A stretch of 64,000 nucleotides of DNA from Octopus vulgaris (lineage: Eukaryota). Positions 38,673 through 51,817 of the stretch are shown piece after piece. Below the pieces are notes generated by a model. It saw only the letters and a list, made by a program, of their open reading frames with translations, made no database searches and was not told the DNA's origin. Each line of letters opens with the position of its first letter. Position 1 is the first letter of the stretch. The position numbers were made by a program, and so were the translations under genes. The stretch is from the NCBI GenBank assembly GCA_951406725.2, contig OX597815.1, forward strand, positions 195,610,001 through 195,674,000, given 5' to 3'.

Positions 38673-39603
38673 AAAGATTACACTTATATACATATATGTA
38701 TATGTATATCTATTTATATACACATATATGCACACACAAACACGCACACACACAAACACGCACACACACACGTATATTTATATATATGTATATATAAATA
38801 CATACAATATATTCATACCCTCATAAGTATGTATATATGGGGGCAGGTGTGTGTATGTGTGTTTGTGTGTTTGTGAGTTTGTGTGTGTGTTTGTCTCTGT
38901 GTGTGTATTCATTCACACAAATACACATGAATACACATATGTCTGATATACAAACACACATACACACCCACATACACATTTATACATACCTATAAATTTA
39001 TGTATTTATGCAATGCGTGCATTTATAACCTGGTTTCCGCTATGACTGCACCAAATAAATATGCTCTTTAATCATCATTGAAATGAATATTTAAAATATG
39101 AATAATTTACGTATTCATTCGAAATGCAGCGTTCAACTTTCATTATGCGGCGGAATATGAATGCTTTGACAGCTATAATTACATGTACGATGTCCTGACC
39201 AGCGGGCATTGCACCCAAGATTCACAAGTCCCCATTGATTCAGGAGAGAAGGAATAATACATTTTGTGGAGGAAATTTAAAGTTTTTGTATATCTCGTAA
39301 TGAACAGATTAGAAATAAAATAAAATAAAATAAAATAAAAAAGGTGGGTGCGGAGGTTAGCATGGCTACATATCAGTTTTGATATGGTAAAGTAAGTCAT
39401 TTCATATATCGTAGTAGATATGTGAGAAAACAGTATTGGAAAACAGTTCTTAGAAATTGTCAGGTGACTTCAATATTTCTTACCACCGATGTATGAAGCG
39501 AATTAATATCACGTGAGCTTAAAGGTATTTTAGCTATAATGAAAACGGAGTGAAAGGACTGAGCAATTTCATATATAATGTATCAGATATTATACATACA
39601 TAT

Positions 39604-39766
<163 letters not shown>

Positions 39767-39873
39767 ACAGAATTTCACATTAGCACAACGCAAGGCCTTC
39801 CGTTACGCAACATTTTATTCGCTGTCGGAATATGTGATGAAGATTGTGGCATTTAATGCAAAATTCATGCACA

Positions 39874-39919
<46 letters not shown>

Positions 39920-40129
39920 CATATATGTAAATATGTATGTGAGTGTGTGTGTACGTGTCTGTGTATCCCATTGTGTATGTGCGTATCTGTGTGTCCTCCC
40001 AGTGCGTGGGTGTGTGTGTGTTTGCATGTATTCCCTGTGCAGATAGATGTACGGCTGTTGCTATCTCACACCATTGAAGTTACAATCATGGAAGTTCATG
40101 TATAAGACAAATTTAGAAGAATTTGATTC

Positions 40130-40800
40130 CGCTGCGTTATTTCAGATCGATATCCACCTTCATCATTGACACAATGAATCGAATTTCCTAGCATTTCGTA
40201 GGATTTACGTGCCTAATTTATATTTCCATAGTGTTGTCCTTGCTCTTCGTAATGTTGTGGCTTTTGTTGTATAATGATAGGAATCTCATTGCATCGTAAT
40301 ATATATCTCTCTAGAGATTTCCCTTTATATTTCAATGCAAATTTAAAACTTCAAATTGAACCCCTTCTTCAAAGCATGCTTGAAATTTCGTACACAGATA
40401 TCATTTGTCAAATCTTGATACCGGGTTATTGTACCAAGAAAATATCTTCATATGTTACAAATATATCGAGTTGTGGTTATAGAGTTATGATACTTAAAAT
40501 ATTCATATTTCTTCGCATCTCGCGAAAAATTCATCCTCTAAGTTAGAATTTAGTACGAAACCATGAAGAATCGTTGATGTATTTTCTGATTTTCTGCAAC
40601 AAATAACTGGATTCCCCAGTAATAGAAGACAAAAAAAAGATACTTTAGATTCACGGATTGACCAGGAAAAGCTCATTAGCTTGTTAATTTTTATAGCATT
40701 TTAAATCTGTTCCTTGTTTCCATTTCTTCGCTATGCACTTGTCACGTTGGATGTGCGCCATAATTGCAAACTTCACCAGCAACGTTTGATTTCCTGCTTG
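40130..40800 (-). mobile_element. Possible degraded CR1-type LINE 3' remnant
   Basis: Weak coding-like composition and fragmentary motifs only. Confidence 0.3.
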
Positions 40801-40877
40801 AGTTAATTAACATCAGATGATATATAGACCTCAGCAACACTTAAAAACGCACACATATACACACATCTATATATCTG

Positions 40878-40914
<37 letters not shown>

Positions 40915-41313
40915 TGACCAAGGTTACCGTGGTCTTTTTCGTAGGCTTTTCTTCCCACGGATAAACCTTACTTGCTTTCCCCTTTACACCATATACCATA
41001 ACACTGTGATACACGATCCCTATTGATCGTTTTTTTTTTCCTCTTCCCCCTTTTTTCCCCTTTTTTCTTCTTTTTTCATTTCTCTTTCCTTTTGTTCCTT
41101 TTCCTTTTCTTTTTTTTCTTTTTATTCCTTTTATTTTATTCAAATTCTTTTTTTTGTTCTTTTCTTCCCTTTTACGATCCCTCTTGATCGAAAACCTACG
41201 CCACCCCACCCCCATTTTTTCTTTTGTTTTTTGTTCTCTTCATCCCCCAAAAGAAAAGTTCTACCTTGTAACTTGTCCCATCTGTGTGCAGCCCTGTGTG
41301 GCCAATAAAGAAA
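40915..41313 (+). mobile_element. Retroelement 3' end sharing the SINE A tail
   Basis: Ends ttgtcccatctgtgtgcagccctgtgtggccaataaagaaa followed by (TATC)n. Confidence 0.6.
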
Positions 41314-41327
41314 CTTATCTATCTATC

Positions 41328-41444
<117 letters not shown>

Positions 41445-41837
41445 TGTGTGTGTGTGTGTGTGTATGTGAGGCCGTGTGGGTGTGTCAGTCCGTGTGTGGG
41501 TGCGTCCATGTATATATGAATATATCTTATTATTTTCATACAAATATATACATTTTCATGTAATATTAATATATATGTATACATCATATATAGATACACG
41601 ATTATATGTATTATAAATATATAAATGCCCACTACTCACACCCAGACACACACACTCACACACACACACATACATACAAATTCCCTTGCGCACTCTCTTC
41701 AAGATACGGCGACGAATATTTTGTCCTGCACAGCAGGCTTTTCTGGTTTTCATTGAAAATTAAATCCATCTGAAAGCACGACTGATGCGACTGGATGTGT
41801 AGTTGAGATGCAGTTTCATGTCAGATATAGGTAAGTA

Positions 41838-42225
41838 AATTTTCAACTTTAAGCATGGAAAACAATGAAATTTTCGAAAATTTAAAAGAAAAGTTTTTAA
41901 AAGAATATTTGCATAGCGTTCAAATACAAGTGGTATTTTCCTTATTTCTGCCTGTTTCTCTCATTCTTGTTTACTCCTGTGGGTTCGAGGTCATTGGGAA
42001 TTCTTGGTAGGGAAGAAGAAGAAGAAGAGTAGGAGGAAAAAGAAGAAGAAGAAGAAGAAGAGTAGGAGGAAAAAGAAGAAGAAGAAGAAGAAAAAAAAGA
42101 AGACAAAGAAGAAGAAGAAGCAAAAGAATGTAGGAGGAAAAAAGAACGGGGAGGAGGAGCTGGACGAGAAGAAGAAGAAGAATGAGGGGGACCATTCAAC
42201 ATACTACTGTCATGGCACACCCGCA

Positions 42226-42257
<32 letters not shown>

Positions 42258-42669
42258 CTTCTTCTTCTTCTTCTTCTTCTTCTTCTTCTCCTTCTCCATC
42301 CCTTTTTCTTCTTTTTTACTTCTATCTCTTCTCCTCCCCGTCTTCTTCTTCTTCTTCTTCTTCTTCTTCTTCTTCTTCTTCTTCTTCTTCTTCTCCTTCT
42401 TCTTCTTCTTCTTCCCTACCAAGAATTCACAACGGCCTCGAACCCACAAGAGTAAAAAAGAGAGAGAGAGAGAAACAGGCAAAAACAAGGAACATGACAC
42501 TTGTATTTGAACGCTATGCAAATATTCTTTTTAAAAACTTTACTTTTAATATTTCAAAAATGTAATTGCTTTCGATACTTACAGTTGAAAAAGTCTCAAT
42601 GACTGAAACCGATACTGAAATGTATGTTATAAAATTGAATTTAGCATTTTCTAGCTTGAATTGTTTTCC

Positions 42670-42670
<1 letters not shown>
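41838..42670. mobile_element. Fold-back element with inverted arms containing (GAA)n and (TTC)n
   Basis: 41890-42180 is a diverged reverse complement of 42228-42545; same family as 26228. Confidence 0.8.
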
Positions 42671-42699
<29 letters not shown>

Positions 42700-42700
<1 letters not shown>

Positions 42701-43150
42701 GGTCCCGGGTTGATTCGGGGTTAACCACAGTAAGTAAGGTACTCAATACATAGCAGAGTAAAATTAATTTATTATATAGAAGGAGCTTCTACAGGACTAG
42801 TACTGTTTCATTCAAGAGAAATCTTCAGGAAGCTATTTAACAAGAATTGTATTAGCATTTATACATTTAGGCAGGTTTAAAGGAGTGGTGGTGGGGGACT
42901 TTTTTGGGGGTAGGCATAGCGCAAAATATCATACTTGGGGGAGTGGTCAAGGAGTCAGTGGTAAGTTAGATGAAAGAATAGATAAATAAAAAAATAAAAA
43001 AATAAAAAATAAAAAATAAAATAAAAAAATAAAAAAATAAAAAATATAAAAAATATATATAAAAAAATATATATATAAAATATATATATAAAAAAATATA
43101 TATATAAAAAAAGGGGGGATAGAGTTATAGGTAAATAAGGAGATTCTCAC
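42700..43150 (-). mobile_element. Probable PLE terminal remnant with a hammerhead-like core
   Basis: Island in (TA)n; minus-strand CUGAAGA...GAAACAGUA at 42784-42834. Confidence 0.45.
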
Positions 43151-43159
43151 TTATACCTA

Positions 43160-43210
43160 TACACACATGTATACGTATCTACACACACATACATACATAC
43201 ACATATATAT

Positions 43211-43265
<55 letters not shown>

Positions 43266-44143
43266 CATATGTACACACATACATACATATCTACATACAC
43301 ACATACATACACCCGCCCACATATACAAATTTATACACATGCACATGCCTATACCTGTCTACACATACACACACGTATATATGCATACACTCACTCCCAT
43401 GCATGCACGCATACACACATGTATATATATATATATATATATACCCACGACCACACATACATATATACACATAAAAATATATATTCATACGCACATACAC
43501 TCATGCACACACAACACACCTAGTTCCCTATATACACATATTTACACCTATATATACATACACCCACATACACCTATGTACACATATATATATATAAACA
43601 TATACACGCATACATATATATACATGTGTGCACATACATACATACACACATATATACATACACATACACATACACATGTGTACCTATACATACCTACACA
43701 TACACACATACATACATACAAATATACATATACATATATATATATACAATCCAATACAGGCCCATTCCCTAATTTTAATTTTATTATCTTCATTTATTAC
43801 TTTTGTTATCTTTGATCGCTAGGGCTAAGAATCCTGGCAATGGCTGCATGTCCATTTGTCTGTCTACTAGAAGGCAAGTACTCATTCCCGCACGCACACT
43901 CATTAGCACGTACATTCACCCATTCGTACACTCATACACATACACGTACGCACGCGTTATATTCATACATACAAACATCTACATACGTTCACGTATATAC
44001 ACATACGTACTCGTACCTACAGATTCGTGTCTACACTTTAGGAGGCTAGTCTATACATATACACCAATAAATATACATATATATATATATACCCGCATAT
44101 ACATACACACACACACATATATACTCCTACATACAGATACATA

Positions 44144-44193
<50 letters not shown>

Positions 44194-44683
44194 CATACAC
44201 ATACACACATACATATACACACACATACATACACATATATATACATACACAAACATATATACACACATATATATATACATACACACATACACACATACAT
44301 ACGTATACATACATACATACATCCATACATCCATACTTACATGCATTTATACGCATACACACACCCATCTATATATATGTATATATATATATATATATAT
44401 ACACACTCACACATACATATACAAATCTACGCACACACATACATACATACACGTATACGCATACACGCACATACACATATACATGCGTACCCATACACGT
44501 GCACACACGCACGCGCATCCATATATATACACACACACACATATATATACACGTGTGCAAGCATACATACATACTCATACGCGCACACATACTTACAAAT
44601 ACATATATGCACACACTTACACACATATATATACATACACATATACATGCATACATACATATATGCATACATACACACACGCA

Positions 44684-44739
<56 letters not shown>

Positions 44740-44790
44740 TAGATATATATACACATACATACACATACACATACATACACACATATACAC

Positions 44791-44824
<34 letters not shown>

Positions 44825-44960
44825 ACATACATATATACACATATACATACATACATACACACACACATACATATATACATATACACTGATACACATACCC
44901 ATACATACACATGCATATACATACACATGCATATATATATATATATATATATATATACAC
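43160..44960. repeat. Long compound (CA/TA)n low-complexity tract
   Basis: Direct observation; source of the spurious 402-aa ORF. Confidence 0.92.
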
Positions 44961-45263
44961 GTATCTTCAAACGTACTTACTACCCCACCCTGGAGTAGTA
45001 CATGGATCTGAAAGCATAGGTGACAAATTAGCTAAAAGTTAGATATGTCGAACGTATCCAAGGCAGTCGACTTAAGCAAATGGGCTTACAGTTACTAACC
45101 CTTAGAAGTACGACACACGTAGCAGAGAACCGGGGTAAATGAATACTAAACAACGAAAATATTTTGCTTGTAGAGAAGGAAAATATACACTGTCGAAACC
45201 TAATGTAGTAACACGTATTTATATGTAAATATTTGCTCACATATAATTCTTTGTTTGAATTTC

Positions 45264-45298
<35 letters not shown>

Positions 45299-45384
45299 GG
45301 TAAATTCCAAAAGACGGCTGAATCATATTTTCACGAACATATTGTTGTAACTATGCTACGATGGCTAAATGAAAATTGATTTTT

Positions 45385-45505
45385 TATCGACACAGAAAGG
45401 ATTAAATGTCGACCTCGACGGAATTCGAACTCAGAACGTAAAATGGACAAAATACAGCTTACCATTTTCCCCACCGTACAAACATGTGAGCCAGCTTGCC
45501 GCCTT
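45385..45505 (-). mobile_element. Old SINE family A fragment
   Basis: gtcgacctcgacggaattcgaactcagaacgt. Confidence 0.75.
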
Positions 45506-46305
45506 ATCTCAAACTCTTATTTACCTGTCCTTTCAGTTCTGTATTTGCTTTAAAGTAGGACGTTTTGATACAATACTTATCTTCAACATCTTATTCTGTT
45601 CTTTCGCAGTAGTTAATGCAAAAACATTTCCGTTTTTTTTTAAATCTTAGAGCGACAATATGACATTCACATACGTGTGATAAATGTTATAATCGTTTTC
45701 TTATGTTGGACATATTCATTCACGTACGAGTACTTTAATGCTAGGTTTTCTTTCACTATGAAGGAACACAAAACAAGTTTGTAAAGTCGATATATTCATG
45801 AGTTCTACTATACGTAACCCATAGTAATATTTCATCATAAGATATAAATCTCCTCGATGTTTTCAAATATAAAGATAATTTATAACGTTATATTAAGATG
45901 AAAGCAATATTTGCATAGTCCCTCCACGTTCTTGATATATTTCATGTTTCAAGTCAATCATTGATACGCTCCATCTTTATAGATATTATAAATGATCTGA
46001 AGTGTTCAAATGTCAAATACTGAATATTAAATGCATAAGTTTCAGTGGATATTCTTATCAAAAGGAAATGAAGTCCTTTCTTGTAACATGAATATACATA
46101 GATTTGCATCTTGTTTGTTACAAACGCAATCACGTCGACACTTCACTAATGAAGACGAATTAGATTATTCTTTATATTTGTGGGTGTGTGTGTGTATGTC
46201 TGTGCGTGGGTGTGCATACATACGCCCACACATACATACACACTCACACACACATACACACACGCACTCACACAAACACACACACACACACACATATATA
46301 TATAT

Positions 46306-46595
46306 GGCTTTTACCCATTTACTTGTTTCAGTTATTTGACTGTGGCCATGCTGGAGCACCGCCTTTAGTCAAGCAAATTCACCCCAGTGCTTATTCTTTG
46401 TAAGCCTAGTACTTATTATATCACTCTCTTTGGCCGACGGGCTTCTTTCAGTTTCCGTCTACCAAATCCACTCACAAAGCTTTGGTCGACCCGAGGCTAT
46501 AGCAGAAGACACTTGCTGAAGATGCCACGCAGGGAGACTGACCCCGGAACCATGTGGTTCGTAAGCAATCTACTTACCACACAGCTACTCCTACA
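46306..46595 (-). mobile_element. SINE family D, internally deleted
   Basis: Reverse complement of the 38281 family. Confidence 0.85.
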
Positions 46596-46613
46596 TCTAT
46601 ATATGGAATCCAA

Positions 46614-46641
46614 CAACAACAATGATTATGATGATGAGGAT

Positions 46642-46706
<65 letters not shown>

Positions 46707-46725
46707 TAACAACAGCAACAACAAC

Positions 46726-46790
<65 letters not shown>

Positions 46791-46812
46791 CAACAACAAC
46801 AATAATAATAAT
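46614..46812. repeat. (AAT/AAC)n microsatellite
   Basis: Direct observation. Confidence 0.95.
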
Positions 46813-47180
46813 ATTTGATTTCTCGTTGAGAGCAAAATATATTGTCAAGCATACGTAAAACGTAGGGCATTGAACATTTTGCACTTAAATACAAAACGAT
46901 ATAACTAAAATGTTAGATGGCGCAACACCTACACGGTAGGTATTCCATGGTGAACATCAGCAAGATTCTAAGACAGCAAAATATAAGTAAGCATGCAATG
47001 GTTGACCGAAAGGAATTTCTGCTGCTTAAACACGTATTAACGATGAAATATCATGTGTGGAATGCACGTGATGAGATAAATATTTGAAGACAAAGAAACA
47101 TGTGTATGCGTGCCTGTGCATAGGTTGGACTATATACGTAAATATATATCAATGTAAATATTTATCCCACACTCACATAC

Positions 47181-47238
<58 letters not shown>

Positions 47239-47288
47239 TTATATGTTTATATGTATGCACGACTTCGTAGATGCGTATATATATATAA

Positions 47289-48775
47289 CGGGAAGCTTTA
47301 TGAAAATAAACAAAAGACGAAGGCAGGTGGAAAACAAACGAACAATTGTATTAGTATGGCGCTCAGGAAATATAAATAAAACAAGTCTTTAACGTTTCGA
47401 GCCTACGCTCTTCAACAGAAAGATACACAGAGAGAGAAAAACACAGAAAGAAGGAGAGAAAAAAATGCGTGCAGTAGCTAACGAATCAACATGGCGATCT
47501 GATTTCGGCCAGAGGTCAAAGATCAAACATGAGACGCGAGAGCGAAATAAGGGGAGATAATAGGGTTGATAAAAGGGTTGAGGGACCAGCTAAAAGTGCG
47601 TGGGAGGGGTCTGGATGTGTGTATGTATAGGGTTGGTGTATGTATTAGTATGTATAAGGGTGTGTGTGTGTGTGTGTGTGTGTATGAGAGAGTATTAGTG
47701 CGTAAGATTGGTCTGGACGTGCGTATGTATGGGGTTGGTGTATGTATTAGTATGTATTAGTATGTATTAGTACGTATTGGTATGTATAGGTGTGTGTGTG
47801 TGTGTGTGTGAGAGTATAAGTGCGTATGCGGGGTCTGGACGTGTGTATGTATAGGGTTGGTGTAAGTATTAGTATGTACTGGTATGTATTAGTACGTATT
47901 AGTATGTATTAGTTGGTGTGTGTATTAGTATGGCACATCATATGTGATGTGATGTGTAAAGTCATGTGGTGTAGTGAGGAGAAGAGGGGGAGGGGAGAAG
48001 AGGGGGAGAGAAGGCGAGGGGAAGAAGAGGGGGAGGAGAAGGGGGAAGAGGAGAGGATGGGGGAGAAGGGGGATGAAGGAGGAAAGAGGGAGAGAGGGAG
48101 TGAGGGAGCAGAGGGAAGGGGAAGAGGGAGGGAGAAAGAGGGAAGAAGGGAAGGGGAGTAGGGGTGAAAGGATGAAGGACTGTAGAAGTAGGGGTCGGGG
48201 GAGAAAGGATAGGTGAGGAGGGGGGAGGGGGTTAGATGAGGAGGGGGAGAGTTGAGACCAAATGGCGTATAAGAGCGAAGAGAGAAGATTAATTCCTGTT
48301 CACGGCGCAAACGGGAATCCGGATGGCCTCTGTGTAAGGACAAACCGAACACAGATAGGTGTTGCAAGGAGTGACCGGTGGAGCGGAAATGGCGTGAGAC
48401 CGGTGTGTCGTTCGCAAGGTGGATGTCACGAAGGTGTTCCGCGAACCGGTCAGCCAAGCGGCGTCCCGTTTGTCCGATATACAAGGAATTGCAGAGAGAG
48501 CAAGAGATGCAATAGATAATATTGCTGGAGGTGCAGGTGAAGGAGTGGATGATGGGATAGGGTCGATGGTGGGTGCTAGTGAGGCGGGTGGTGTTGGAGA
48601 GGTAAGGGCAAGTGCGGCAACGTGGGCGGGAGCAGGGGAACGAGCCGGGTTGGGAGGTAGGGTCAGGGGAAGGAGCTATGGACCAAAAGGTCTCGAAGGT
48701 TGTGGGCTCGTTTGAAAGAGGGGAGGGGTCGGTTAGGGAAGAGGTGTGAAGTGGACGGGTCGGACTGGAGATGAC
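47289..48775 (-). mobile_element. 5'-truncated Penelope-like element (Neptune-type GIY-YIG) with pLTR and hammerhead variant
   Basis: PCSRPRCRTC...FTCTSSNIIYCISCSLCNSLYIGQTGRRLADRFAEH...REQELI...GLN. The upstream linker FKRAHNLRDLLVHS is in another frame. Confidence 0.92.
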
Positions 48776-49192
48776 GGAAAGCTCATCACGGAATTTTGTC
48801 GGTGAACAGGTCGCGGTCTTAAAGAGCCGAAAATATTTTGACAAATTAAACATAAATGTTGAAGTGAATCGAACGGCTTTTGTGTTTCTTAAATGGCTTA
48901 CAAACACCTTCCACGCTGCAATTGTTTTCGTTTCAGCACACGATCTCAGATCAAATCACTTGCTATGCATATACACCTCCATATATATATATATATATAT
49001 ATGTAGTGGCGTTTTTTTTGACTATTTATTAAAATTTTATGTATTGATTAAGTCTTTCCTTGTTTGTTTTGCAAAATAGTGGTTTTGTCTCTAATAATAT
49101 TTTATAATATTTTACTACAAAATTGGATTTAATCCTAAATCTGATTTTTTCCTGTAAATTTGGATTTATTCCCTAATATTTATTATTATATA

Positions 49193-49247
<55 letters not shown>

Positions 49248-50513
49248 ACATCTACGAAGTCGTGCATACATATACACATAGAAATATGCATTCATATATA
49301 TGTATGTGTGTATGTATATTGTATATAAACTGATTATATCATATATATATGAGCCAGTGTGTTCCCACACAAACACACGCGTACACATACACACACATAC
49401 ATGTATTTATGTATGCATGTATTTTGGGACAAAGTTGAGCGGTTATGTCGGCAGTGATAAATAAACGTTACAACATGTCTTTGAACAATTCAGATACTAA
49501 GTCATTGGCTCGTGTTTAGAAGATATTTTAAAAAGATTTATCATTTAATTCCGTGAACTATGCCAGAGGTAATCACTTCAATCACGTTTTCCTTTAAATA
49601 AGTTAGAATTAATTATTTCTTAGTAAGTAAGAAATAATTAAATAAATATATATATTAATAGGATCATTTTGTTGGCCACCTCTTCGTTCGAGTGTCAATG
49701 GAATAAAAAGAATTATATGCGACTTGTAACGTATCAAGTATCATAAGTAGTAGTTCACGATTTAATAATGCAAGGTCATTATCCGAATGTAAAAAAAAAC
49801 AAAATCAACAACTAAAACACGCAATGTGATTGCGCGTTAGAATATATTACATTTATTCAAATAATGTCACCAAAAGGAAATAACACACTTCTGTGATATC
49901 CATATATCCAAATATGTATATACATATATATGCATAGAGACAGATACACACACACACACACACACGCATCGAAATGTTAGCAACAAGCAGTGTTAAGGCA
50001 TAAGCAAAATTTAGGTTTGTTAAAATATCTTTGTTACATATTTCAACTGCTAAAAGTCAAATTCGCTGCAGTTGCCTAAACGCCGTTTGACGCTAACGAT
50101 TCGTTATTTTTCTTCGATCGAGCGATCTAGCAGCGCATATCAATCAACGTTGTTGAATGAATTTTACATAAAGCTGTTGTTTTATAAGTTTGTTCAGAGT
50201 TGCCTCTCATAGGTACATCTCATTCATAAGAGTAAAAAAAAACATTCAAGACGCCGATGTCTGAGATTCCTGATAGATGGCGACACGGAACAAACCGGAT
50301 GTTGTCACACTTTTTTTTATCATAAGAGAGATACTTTCTCTACAGCAACTGAAGTGAACATACATAAATAAACGAAACACTCTAGAGTCGGCATGAAAAC
50401 TGATTTTGTTGAAAAATTAAAGGTAACATTTTACTGATGACTAATCCATAGCGAATTTTGCAGCACTCAAGCTTTTTTTATATTTTTATATTTATTTTTA
50501 ATATATATATATG

Positions 50514-50593
<80 letters not shown>

Positions 50594-50711
50594 GTGTATA
50601 TTTATATATATGTATGTATCTGTATGTGAATATATATATGTAAGATATATATATATATATATATATTGAGATTCCTATGTGTATATTTATATATATGTAT
50701 GTATCTGTATG

Positions 50712-50747
<36 letters not shown>

Positions 50748-51013
50748 GTGTATATGTATATATATATATATATGTATATATCTGTATGTGAATATATATA
50801 TATATATATAGGGCCAACGAGGGTACGGACGCCACTATATATATTATATGTAGAAAAATACAAACATTTAGAAGGCGATACAAAAAAAACACAAAAAACA
50901 CGAGTTTTTTGTATCGTCTTCTAAATGCTTTACGTTCTTGTCCCAGTTTATATTTTTCTACATATAATATATATATACATATGTATATATATATGTATGT
51001 ATGTATCTGTATG

Positions 51014-51064
<51 letters not shown>

Positions 51065-51359
51065 AATAGTAAAGAGTGAAAAAACGACAGAAGGCTTAAA
51101 TGTTAAAAAATATATATATTTGCGTCAAAATGTCTGGAGGATATTGGAAAAAATTTTTTCCCTCCTTAAAATGACATAATTTTATAATTTTTAAAGAAAT
51201 ACCGGTTTCGCAGTTAGCTCTTCAAATTTCTTGTGACTTAATGTTTATTTTTAATAACGTAATCCTTGTATTTTTGCTACGGAGAGTTCTAAATAAGGGA
51301 AAGTAGTGAGTGATTTCTTCCGGTGTAAGGGAGATAATCGCTTAAAAAATTGTTTTCCT

Positions 51360-51817
51360 TTAGTGTGAATTTCTCTGTATTATTGAGTTCGGATAGTTGA
51401 GTCTGGGTTTGTACTTTTCAATGAAGAATGTTTCCTTATTTAGTCTAATTTGTGATGATGATCCGAAAGCACATTGGTAAAATGGAAAGATTAAAAATTG
51501 TGGTTGTAGTTGCTTTGCGCATTTCTCAATGTGTTCACTATATGGTATCATTCTATATTCTGGGAATGCAATCTGTTGTCGATGCAGTGTGCATCTACGT
51601 CTGAGTGATAGTCCCGTGGACCCCACGTAGTCTTGGTGGCAGCCCGAGCATTTAATGACATAAATTATGTTTTCAGAGGCACAAGTAAAGTTAGATTTGA
51701 TCTTGAATTTCTGTCCCTCTTTAAAGAAGAATTCTGATCCTTCCAATAGGTTAGGACATGTTGCACAGTTCGATCTACCACATTTTTTTACTTTTGCATC
51801 CGTAATTTTAGAAGACA
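51360..51817 (-). pseudogene. Inverted duplicate of the PLE GIY-YIG endonuclease domain
   Basis: Translation identical to 52841-53299. Confidence 0.92.

Noticed and set aside
43803-45011. 402-aa ORF, the longest in the window
   Set aside because: Translation of (CA/TA)n low-complexity DNA; likewise all YI/HT/CV-rich, poly-I, poly-N, poly-L and poly-K ORFs.
48795-48845. tttgtc...gacaaa hairpin containing GAAA-ATATT
   Set aside because: No CUGANGA core; not counted as a ribozyme, although it lies in a repeat abutting a PLE.
47909-48907. 332-aa ORF as a single novel protein
   Set aside because: Composite: the N-terminus comes from an adjacent repeat and an out-of-frame linker, the middle is PLE GIY-YIG, and the C-terminus is read-through into a pyrimidine-rich UTR.
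50435-50465. CTGATGA-cta..tag-c-GAAT motif
   Set aside because: GAAA is mutated and there is no convincing stem I or III; at best a very decayed hammerhead.
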